Shown here one piece after another: positions 1 to 6,982 of a DNA stretch of 14,269 nt. Source of the stretch: an uncultured bacterium. Lineage in GTDB: Bacteria; Hydrogenedentota; Hydrogenedentia; Hydrogenedentales; JAEUWI01. Numbering within the stretch: the first letter of the stretch is position 1; each line of letters opens with the position of its first letter. The DNA lies in the NCBI GenBank assembly GCA_963977445.1, contig CAXBPH010000181.1:1-14269 (forward strand), in the 5' to 3' direction. The notes under the pieces were generated by a model. The model made no database searches, was not told the DNA's origin, and was given only the letters and a program-made list of their open reading frames with translations. The translations under genes and the position numbers were made by a program.

Positions 1-16
1 ACTCTCATAATATTAT

Positions 17-1663
17 TCAGAGATGTTGGGTTTGGCGGGTTTCTTTCTGGGAAAGGCGGTCCTGCAAACGGGCAATCTGGTCATTGGCACTCTGAATCTG
101 TTGATCCAGGGTTCCGTTTGACTTGGCGCGCTGGTTGAGGAAGCCCGTTGCCTTGGTGGCCTCATCTAGAAATCCAAAGAGGACATCACCCACGCCATTT
201 TTGCTGGAGTTTGAGAAGAGTTTTTCGACATTGGAGCGACCGCTGCGCAGGGCATCGCGGAACACTTCTTCATTCAGCGAGAGGGTCAGACCGGCTTCCG
301 CGCTGAAATTATCGCCCGATGTAAGACCGATGTCGACCAGGCTTTTGAAGTCACCGCTAATTCCCGAAACCTGCTGAAAAAGATTGGTGATTAAAAAGCC
401 CTCGATGGAACGGATACCGGAATCCCCCCGAAGAAGCCCCTGATTGGACGTCACGCTCCGAATTTCAGCGAGGGCATCGTTAAACTGAGTGACAAACTCC
501 TGAACCTTTTCCACGATGGCATCGTTGTCGGAGGACACGGTTACGGAACTCGAGCCAATACTTTGAAAATCCAGGGTTACGCCGCTGATAGCGTCGGAAA
601 TGGAGTTGGTATTACGGGTCTGAACCGCCCCTCCATTTACCGTAAACTGCGTATCGGAGCCCGCCTTCTGAACGGCCGTATTCAGATTCACAATATCGAG
701 AAAATTGCTGGTATCACTCGCCCGGCCAAATCGAATCGTGGGGCTACCTAAGGTATCGGAGATAACCCGAATCGAGTCTGTGGAGGTGTCATAACTGGCC
801 GTAACGCCCGCGTTGGACTCGTTGATTGCGGCGAGAACGCCCTGCAAACTATCGGTGTTGGGGTCAATGGTGATAGAAACGCCATTAATCGAGAAGGTAC
901 CGGCCGTAACCGCTCCATCAGCGAAACTGTTCGTATTTAACGCTTCATTGCTGTCGATGGCACCCAGATTTCGTGTGCTTGTCGCTGCGGTGGAGCCATT
1001 TCCATCAGGAAGCTGGGTCGCCTGTGTAACCGCCAGAACACTCAAGAAGTTGGTGTCGTCGGCCACATCTTCAAAATTTATGAGACTCGTGTCGCCCACG
1101 GTGCTATTGGCAAAGGTCACTTTGTCGGCCACCGGATCATAGGTGGCCGTAACCCCTGCGCTGCTGCCATTAATTGTCGCGAGAATTGAGTCGAGACTAT
1201 CGACATTGGGATCGACGGTGAACTGAACCCCGTTGATGGAAAACGTTCCCGCCTGTATCTCGGTGGTAATGCCACTGGCGCTTAAGGCGGCCGCTGAGTT
1301 AATAGGTGAGCCAATGAATGAACTGCCCCCGGCTTCCGTGGCGGTCGCCAGCTTCAACACGTCGATGGCAAAGGAACCGACGACAGGATTGGATGAGGTC
1401 ACTTCCGAGGTCAGTACTTCGGGCTTGCTTGTAGACGACGTGAAGGCGTCAAAAATGTTGTTGAATTGGAAATCTTGAAGGGTATTTCGCAAACTCAGGA
1501 GGTTCGTGCGCAGACCGCTGACCGCATCCCGCTGGGACTGGAGCGAAGAAATCTTGGCTTCCAGGCGGAAAACAGGCTGGCTGTCGAGTTGAATCAACTG
1601 GGCGATCAGCGAACTGCTGTCCAACCCGGTGATCAATCCACCTGCGCTAATTGCTCCACTCAT
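17..1663 (-). CDS. fliD: Flagellar filament cap protein FliD (HAP2), C-terminus apparently truncated
   Basis: N-terminus GGLITGLDSSSLIAQLIQLDSQP matches FliD_N. Two flagellin-hook-IN-like segments (GTFSING...SL..I...IN...AGVTA) are present. The FliD_C region includes NSISDAISGVTLDF, VQEFVTQFN, GLLRGDSGIRSI and SLVDIGL. A sigma28 promoter lies upstream. Confidence 0.93.
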   Translation of the reverse strand: MSGAISAGGLITGLDSSSLIAQLIQLDSQPVFRLEAKISSLQSQRDAVSGLRTNLLSLRNTLQDFQFNNIFDAFTSSTSKPEVLTSEVTSSNPVVGSFAIDVLKLATATEAGGSSFIGSPINSAAALSASGITTEIQAGTFSINGVQFTVDPNVDSLDSILATINGSSAGVTATYDPVADKVTFANSTVGDTSLINFEDVADDTNFLSVLAVTQATQLPDGNGSTAATSTRNLGAIDSNEALNTNSFADGAVTAGTFSINGVSITIDPNTDSLQGVLAAINESNAGVTASYDTSTDSIRVISDTLGSPTIRFGRASDTSNFLDIVNLNTAVQKAGSDTQFTVNGGAVQTRNTNSISDAISGVTLDFQSIGSSSVTVSSDNDAIVEKVQEFVTQFNDALAEIRSVTSNQGLLRGDSGIRSIEGFLITNLFQQVSGISGDFKSLVDIGLTSGDNFSAEAGLTLSLNEEVFRDALRSGRSNVEKLFSNSSKNGVGDVLFGFLDEATKATGFLNQRAKSNGTLDQQIQSANDQIARLQDRLSQKETRQTQHL

Positions 1664-1724
1664 GGCAAGATTTTTACCCTTCTGGTTGCCGACAAATTCT
1701 TTGAGATCTACTCGCTCGATCTCT

Positions 1725-1752
1725 TTATCGGCAGAATCGGGTAAACACTTTA
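1725..1752 (-). promoter_or_regulatory. Sigma28 (FliA/SigD) promoter of fliD
   Basis: Minus strand reads TAAA-N16-GCCGATAA (plus TTATCGGC 1725-1732, TTTA 1749-1752), about 60 nt upstream of the fliD ATG. The -10 box is a perfect match to the sigma28 consensus. Confidence 0.85.
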
Positions 1753-1849
1753 GGGGTATGCGGGAAAATCAGGGACGCAGATATCATGCATAACGCGATA
1801 TGCCATAGCACGACTGTGTAGTCTTGTGTCGAGTGGTGTCTATTTTAAT

Positions 1850-2272
1850 CTATTTTTGTTTGTTTGCATCGGTGAGGCGATGGCTTAGCGTGCGAATAAT
1901 ATTGAGGAGAATTTTAATGGCCGCACGCTTTGTCATCAAGCGCTCGAAGATTGATTCGCTCAGGATAAACAAGCGGCTTTCGTTAATGGCCGTCACGGTG
2001 GCGCTACGAGGCTCTTTGTTTACGAGGGCCATCTCGCCAAACATATCCCCCGTCTTGAGTTCCGCGATGCACTTTTTATCGTCATAGACCCCGAGTTTGC
2101 CCCCGAGGACGACGTACATCTGATTCCCAATCGTTCCCTTCAGGAAGATGTCCTCCCCGGCGGAAACGTGCATGGTCATCCCTTTGGCGAATATTTTTGC
2201 CACCTCTTCCCGCGAAAGCCCTTCGAAGAGTGAGACATGCTTGATGTATTGATCTATTCTGGCAGTATCCAT
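1850..2272 (-). CDS. Stand-alone cyclic nucleotide-binding domain protein (Crp-like sensor domain, no HTH)
   Basis: LFEGLSREE, GEDIFLKG..G..MYVVLGG, and phosphate-binding cassette GDMFGEMALVNKEPRSATVTA. The protein is 140 aa and ends after the C-helix (LSHRLTDAN). Confidence 0.9.
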   Translation of the reverse strand: MDTARIDQYIKHVSLFEGLSREEVAKIFAKGMTMHVSAGEDIFLKGTIGNQMYVVLGGKLGVYDDKKCIAELKTGDMFGEMALVNKEPRSATVTAINESRLFILSESIFERLMTKRAAIKILLNIIRTLSHRLTDANKQK

Positions 2273-2355
2273 ATGTGGCCCAACCTTTTCATTGTCTGAG
2301 CCCTTTCGCTGGCTGCGCGTAAGACAAATCGCCGAGGCCGTGCAGAAAGGACCGT

Positions 2356-3186
2356 CTACACGATATAAATAAACCGACTGCAGTTGTTGCAGGTATGAAT
2401 GTGGTCAGAATCCTGGCGCACGCGCTGGGCAAACTGGGAGGGGAGCTTCATGAAGCACCCCTGGCAGGTGTCTCCTTCTACAGGAACCAGAGCAGGTGCG
2501 CGCCCTTTGGCGAGCCGATCGTAGTGCTTGAGAATACGTGCGTCGACCATGGAGCGAATGTTCTCAATACGCTGCTTGATCTGCTTCTTACCGGTGCGGG
2601 CGGTTTCGTACATTTCCTGGCACAGCTGGAGCCGGGCAAGTAAAACGAGGTCCGCGTGGGCATCTTGGGCGGTCATCAGGTCAGGATCGGCCTTTACCTG
2701 GCTTGCGTAGTGCTCTTCTTCCTTGATAAGGGATTCAGAAAGCTTCTCGAGGAGGACAAACATTTCTGCGTCCGTATCGGCTTCAAGGAGGGCCTTCATA
2801 TGCTCATCGTGGCGTAGCAGTTTCGAAATGGTCGCAATAAAGTTGAGGTAGGTGGTCTGCTGGGTGGGTGGATAGCAGATGAGAAAAATAAGCTGGACCG
2901 GATTCTTGTCTACGGACATGAATTCCAGACCATCTTTCACACGGCCTACCGCGCAGATGAGGGTTTTTAAGCCGGATACGCGGGCGTGAGGAACGGCGAG
3001 GCCATTGCCAATACCGGTGCTCTCGGTCGCTTCACGGGCCATCACTTGATCCAACGCAGGGCCCACACCCTTCAATTTTTTCTGGTCGAATAGAAGGTTG
3101 GTTAGTTCCTTGAGTGCGTCTGCCTTATTGGTGGCTTTCAAGTCAGGAACAATACAATTTTCGGCGATGAACTGATTCAGCAACAT
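2356..3186 (-). CDS. PTS EIIA (Ntr/fructose-type, PTS_EIIA_2) domain fused to a C-terminal C4 zinc-ribbon (DUF164/zf-RING_7-like)
   Basis: EIIA motif REATESTGIGNGLAVPHAR (phospho-His) plus GLEFMSVDKNPVQLIFLI. C-terminus HYDRL...ALVPVEGDTCQGCFMKLP...CNNCSRFIY (CxxC-x21-CxxC). Start placed at ATG 3186 behind an AAGGA RBS, not at 3246. Confidence 0.88.
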   Translation of the reverse strand: MLLNQFIAENCIVPDLKATNKADALKELTNLLFDQKKLKGVGPALDQVMAREATESTGIGNGLAVPHARVSGLKTLICAVGRVKDGLEFMSVDKNPVQLIFLICYPPTQQTTYLNFIATISKLLRHDEHMKALLEADTDAEMFVLLEKLSESLIKEEEHYASQVKADPDLMTAQDAHADLVLLARLQLCQEMYETARTGKKQIKQRIENIRSMVDARILKHYDRLAKGRAPALVPVEGDTCQGCFMKLPSQFAQRVRQDSDHIHTCNNCSRFIYIV

Positions 3187-3321
3187 AGGTTCTATTTCCT
3201 TAAAAGTGACCAACGCGGGTATGGCTGCCCTTGCACCGTAATGCATGGTGTACTACTCCAAACCGCCCCCTATGGTAACACGATATTGAACAGGCAAACA
3301 ATGGTCTGGTTTGAATTTTCG

Positions 3322-3522
3322 TCAGATCGACGAATGCTCATTGTACCAAACGGACGTAACAACGATGGGATCGCTCGACTGGCCATGATGTCGTTCGTTG
3401 CCGCTTGACTGCTTCACAAATACGACATCGACCTCTTCCCGTTTAAGCCAATCGTTAATCTGATCATCGCATTGGCTTATGCCGTCCAAATTGGATTTGG
3501 ACATAAAAGTTCGAACTTTCAC
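3322..3522 (-). CDS. Small hypothetical protein (66 aa)
   Basis: GTG start with GAGGA RBS. It fills the gap in a co-directional run and has a protein-like pattern (KVRTF..K....DDQINDWL.....V.FV...G.......P.V..VWY). Confidence 0.7.
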   Translation of the reverse strand: MKVRTFMSKSNLDGISQCDDQINDWLKREEVDVVFVKQSSGNERHHGQSSDPIVVTSVWYNEHSSI

Positions 3523-3574
3523 GGTCAGTGTCCTCGCTTGGTTTTCGTTTGCGGCCCAACAACCCCACGATGAT

Positions 3575-4447
3575 TCACGGAGTCGGAGCCGACAGGGCGC
3601 TCAGCAATGCTTCGCGCATGACATCTACGGGGGCGGGTTGCCCCGTCCAGGTTTCAAATTGTTCAGCGGCCTGTTGCACGAGCATTTCAGAACCGAAAAT
3701 AGTCGTACATCCCAGAGCGCGGGCTTTCTGAATGAGGGTCGTCTCCAGGGGGCGATAGACCATGTCGAAGACCACCTGCGTGGCACGCAACGTCTCTGGT
3801 GGAATGCTGAGGGCATTCTCGTGTTTGGGATACATGCCGACCGGGGTGCCCTGTACCACGATATCGTGGGTCGCCATCGCCGCCTCAATGTCTTTTTCGA
3901 GGTGGCCTGCATGGAGTAGACACGGGGTATTGGGCGCGATATCAGCGGACAGGGTCGCCGCCTTTTCCGGGTCACGGGCAAGGATCGTGACTTCTGCACA
4001 GCCCGACTCGTGGGCGAAGGCGAAGGCAACGGCGCGAACCGCTCCTCCTGCCCCGAGAAAAAGCACCTTCTTGTCTTTGAGATCCACCTTGGCGTGTTTG
4101 AAAGCGCGGAGGGTTCCTGTGCCATCGGTCACCGTCCCAACCAAACGCCCGTCTTCGTTGGTAACCGTATTGATGCAACCCACCTGCTGCGCCATGGGGC
4201 TGAGTTCGTCCATATGGGCCATGGCCGCCACCTTGTGGGGGATGGTAACGCTCAGTCCCCGAAAGCCCGCCATTGCACGCATCCCCGTCAGACAGGCCTC
4301 CACATCACGTACGCGAAAGGCCCCATAAATATAGTCAAGACCAGTCGCCTGGAAAGCCGCGTTGTGAATTGCGGGAGACAGTGAATGTCCTACAGGATCA
4401 CCGATTACCGCGCAAAATTGAGTCTGGGTAGTAATAACAGGAGGCAA
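3575..4447 (-). CDS. aroE: Shikimate dehydrogenase
   Basis: VIGDPVGHSLSPAIHNAAF, GLSVTIPHK, GCINTV, TDGTG, LGAGGAVRAV, GTPVGMYP, FDMVYRPLET, EMLVQQAAEQFETWTG. TTG start with AAGGA upstream. Confidence 0.95.
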   Translation of the reverse strand: MPPVITTQTQFCAVIGDPVGHSLSPAIHNAAFQATGLDYIYGAFRVRDVEACLTGMRAMAGFRGLSVTIPHKVAAMAHMDELSPMAQQVGCINTVTNEDGRLVGTVTDGTGTLRAFKHAKVDLKDKKVLFLGAGGAVRAVAFAFAHESGCAEVTILARDPEKAATLSADIAPNTPCLLHAGHLEKDIEAAMATHDIVVQGTPVGMYPKHENALSIPPETLRATQVVFDMVYRPLETTLIQKARALGCTTIFGSEMLVQQAAEQFETWTGQPAPVDVMREALLSALSAPTP

Positions 4448-4545
4448 CCGACAGGTCCTTTTGGCATGTAATATTGAGTAGGTAAAAATGAGATATTGGA
4501 AAATTCAGGATGGCTGAGGAAACTTTTCCTGGCCGGAAATCACCA

Positions 4546-4893
4546 TTAACCGGGAGGCCATGAAAGGCCTCGCCCGCCTAGAATGTGAAGGTGAATATGG
4601 TATACCGTCTGCCCACCGTCTTCGTTGCAGTTGATCACATAGCGAAAGCCCGGATCGCTTAACCCTTCCGCGTCGGCTATTGCGTTCGCCCTCAGGAGCA
4701 TCCGCCCCAGCAATGCCTCATCCTCGGGTTTCGCCTCGGTAATACGGGCAATGTGTTTTCGCGGGATAATCAGGCAATGGGTGGGCGCACCCGGATTGAT
4801 ATCACGGAACGCATAGAACTCGTCGTCTGAATAGACTTTAGTCGACGGAATTTCACCCGCTGCAATTTTACAAAATAAGCAGTCGTCGGCCAT
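4546..4893 (-). CDS. hinT: Histidine triad (HIT) nucleotide-binding protein, HinT/PKCI-like
   Basis: DCLFCKI..GEIP, FRDINPGAPTHCLIIPRKHI, GGQTVYHIHLHILGGR..SWPPG. ATG 4893 follows a GGAGGGAGG RBS. Confidence 0.95.
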   Translation of the reverse strand: MADDCLFCKIAAGEIPSTKVYSDDEFYAFRDINPGAPTHCLIIPRKHIARITEAKPEDEALLGRMLLRANAIADAEGLSDPGFRYVINCNEDGGQTVYHIHLHILGGRGLSWPPG

Positions 4894-4987
4894 TGCAGGC
4901 GCTCCTCCCTCCCGGCAGTTCACACTCACACGGGATTTCTCCCGTTGAAAGGGCGTAGAACATCATGCCTACGCCCGTCACTTCACC

Positions 4988-5017
4988 ATGGTAGCGCGAA
5001 GTACTTCGGAGAAACAA
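4988..5017 (-). promoter_or_regulatory. Possible sigma70 promoter for the hinT-aroE run
   Basis: Minus strand TTGTTT-N18-TACCAT about 95 nt upstream of the hinT ATG. Weak match only. Confidence 0.3.
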
Positions 5018-5246
5018 CGTGACGGGCTGACGGTCACCTTACTCAAACGGGGGCTACGAATGGCCTTCCTGGCGTCGCGCGTCTTTTGCATCGGGCTAAC
5101 AGAGCGGCCCTTCCCCCACGTGGCGTGGGTTGGACCCGACTACGGACGGCGCGGTGGGGGTGCGATGATGAATCGTCTTTGGCCGCTGGACTATACTTCA
5201 GAACGCACATGGGGCAAGCCCATCGAGCTATCGGAAAGGAATTCCA

Positions 5247-6851
5247 ATGCCAAGCGGCCTTCGAAAATGCGGTTCTCGTCGAATATTTTCGCTCCATCTG
5301 AGGTCCATCATGGGCGTGGTGACTATTGCCCTGTTTGGGCTGTTCGGTGCGCCGGACAGCCGGGGCGATGATATCTCCTGGGTAGGCCCCCAGAATGGTC
5401 GATGGGACACGCCAATCAATTGGAACAGTGGTGTCGTTCCTACACCAAATGACAATGTCACCATCAGTGGCGATGTGGCGGTAACCATATCCGACGCGCG
5501 GGAACTCGATGGCGCGCTTACGCTGACGAATCGTGCCCTGCTCCGAATCGACGGCACAATGGCTTCCTTCGTCGCCAATGGTTCGACCTCGATTTCAGAC
5601 GGGCGTATCTCGGTCACGGAAGGTGGTCAGGCGGCGTTACCCAATGTCATCGACTACACCTGGACACGCTGCGAAGGAGAGGCCCTGATTTATGTAGATG
5701 GCATGGACTCCATGTTGGTCATGGCGGGCCTTGAGACCATCCACATAGACGCGCCAGACTGTGACGACCTGCTGGCTAACGTGACGGTGGCGAATGGGGG
5801 CTTCCTGGATACGCCCAAGCTGACCTCCATGGGTGCCGCACCGTCTCAATTTTTGGTGCTGACCTTAATCGGCGATGGGGCCATTTCGGTGCCCGAACTC
5901 ACACGGATGGACGGGACGTTTGCCAGCGTGGGTGACGACACAGAATTGGCGCTACCCGCGTTGACCAGCTTCGTCAACAGTTCGATGCTGCTTAACGCCA
6001 CGGCGATCGTATCCGCCGGTCGCCTGGCGGCTGTTGAGCAAAGCACCCTGTCTATAGCGGGCACGGACTCCCTGGCTGTGCCTCAGCTCACTTCCCTCGT
6101 CGGATCCGTGGTATTTGTATCGGCCGGGCGCCTGGTCATGCCCATGCTGACCACCTTGGAAGATACCACCATTTCCATTGGAGACGACGCATTTCTGAGC
6201 GCACCTATGGTGGAATCCCTGGTGGCTACCGAGCAATTGGTAACCTTTTCGACAACCGGTACGGGCGCGGTTTCGCTGCCCGCTCTAACGTCCGTTCGCA
6301 ACGTGGTATTCGTGGCCAGCGGGGGATCTACCCTGAACCTGCCCTCGGTGGAGACGTACGTATGGAACTTGTGTCTGGGCGCAGGGCTCTTCACCTCCGC
6401 AGGAGAGAACTCCGCGTTGAACTTTTCCGGACTCCGAACCATTGCAATTCAGAGTGTAAATTGCACGGGTCTGGGCTTCGCTACGAGTTCCAACACCGGT
6501 GGAACTATTGACCTTTCGGCCCTGACGACCGTTAGCTCCCCCCCGGGACAGTTCGTCTCCTTTGTCGCCGCAAATATGGGCTCGGAAATCGATATTTCTG
6601 CCCTGTCCAATTTCAGCAATAGCGTAGTGCTCTTTACCGAACTCGACGGTGGAAAAATCATCCGGGGCACCGGGACAGGCTCAGAGGGTGAGGGCGAAGG
6701 TGAGGGTGAAGGAGAAAACACATCGGGCTGCCCCGCTCCGTCGAAACGTGACCGGGTCTCCTCGGCTTCGTCACTCGGTGACCTGTTTCTGGGCGCCGCT
6801 CTACTGGGTGCTCTCGGGATTGGTCGGAAACGCGCTCGAAATCGTGAATGA
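5247..6851 (+). CDS. Secreted/surface-anchored repeat protein (LRR/L-domain-like solenoid) with (GE)n linker and C-terminal TM tail
   Basis: AAGGA RBS before ATG 5247 and a signal-peptide-like N-terminus. The motif WVGPQNGRWDTPINWNSGVVP..NDNVTI is typical of secreted passenger/G8-like proteins. Repeated LxLPxLTx units recur every ~21 aa. The C-terminus is EGEGEGEGEGE-NTSGC...GDLFLGAALLGALGIGRKRAR. Confidence 0.85.
   Translation: MPSGLRKCGSRRIFSLHLRSIMGVVTIALFGLFGAPDSRGDDISWVGPQNGRWDTPINWNSGVVPTPNDNVTISGDVAVTISDARELDGALTLTNRALLRIDGTMASFVANGSTSISDGRISVTEGGQAALPNVIDYTWTRCEGEALIYVDGMDSMLVMAGLETIHIDAPDCDDLLANVTVANGGFLDTPKLTSMGAAPSQFLVLTLIGDGAISVPELTRMDGTFASVGDDTELALPALTSFVNSSMLLNATAIVSAGRLAAVEQSTLSIAGTDSLAVPQLTSLVGSVVFVSAGRLVMPMLTTLEDTTISIGDDAFLSAPMVESLVATEQLVTFSTTGTGAVSLPALTSVRNVVFVASGGSTLNLPSVETYVWNLCLGAGLFTSAGENSALNFSGLRTIAIQSVNCTGLGFATSSNTGGTIDLSALTTVSSPPGQFVSFVAANMGSEIDISALSNFSNSVVLFTELDGGKIIRGTGTGSEGEGEGEGEGENTSGCPAPSKRDRVSSASSLGDLFLGAALLGALGIGRKRARNRE
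6684..6716 (+). repeat. (Glu-Gly)n low-complexity coding repeat
   Basis: gag ggt gag ggc gaa ggt gag ggt gaa gga gaa = EGEGEGEGEGE. Synonymous codons vary, so the repeat is maintained at protein level rather than being a DNA microsatellite. Confidence 0.9.
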
Positions 6852-6901
6852 CGTTCCTGGGAAAGGAAACCCATAGAACATGGTATGCCGCAAAATGAGT
6901 A

Positions 6902-6925
6902 CGGGCCGCCCACATGGGCGGCCCG
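6902..6925. terminator. GC-rich hairpin between convergent genes (probable bidirectional terminator or REP-like palindrome)
   Basis: CGGGCCGCCCA-ca-TGGGCGGCCCG, a perfect 11-bp inverted repeat. There is no strong U-tract on either side. Confidence 0.55.
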
Positions 6926-6982
6926 CCTATTTCGATACGGAAGCAGTGTGTCGCGCTGAACCCGTCGGCATACGACGTAGTA

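Noticed and set aside
4988..5371. 127-aa ORF in the hinT / surface-protein intergenic region
   Set aside because: No clear RBS or domain, and it overlaps the better-supported 5247 ORF in another frame.
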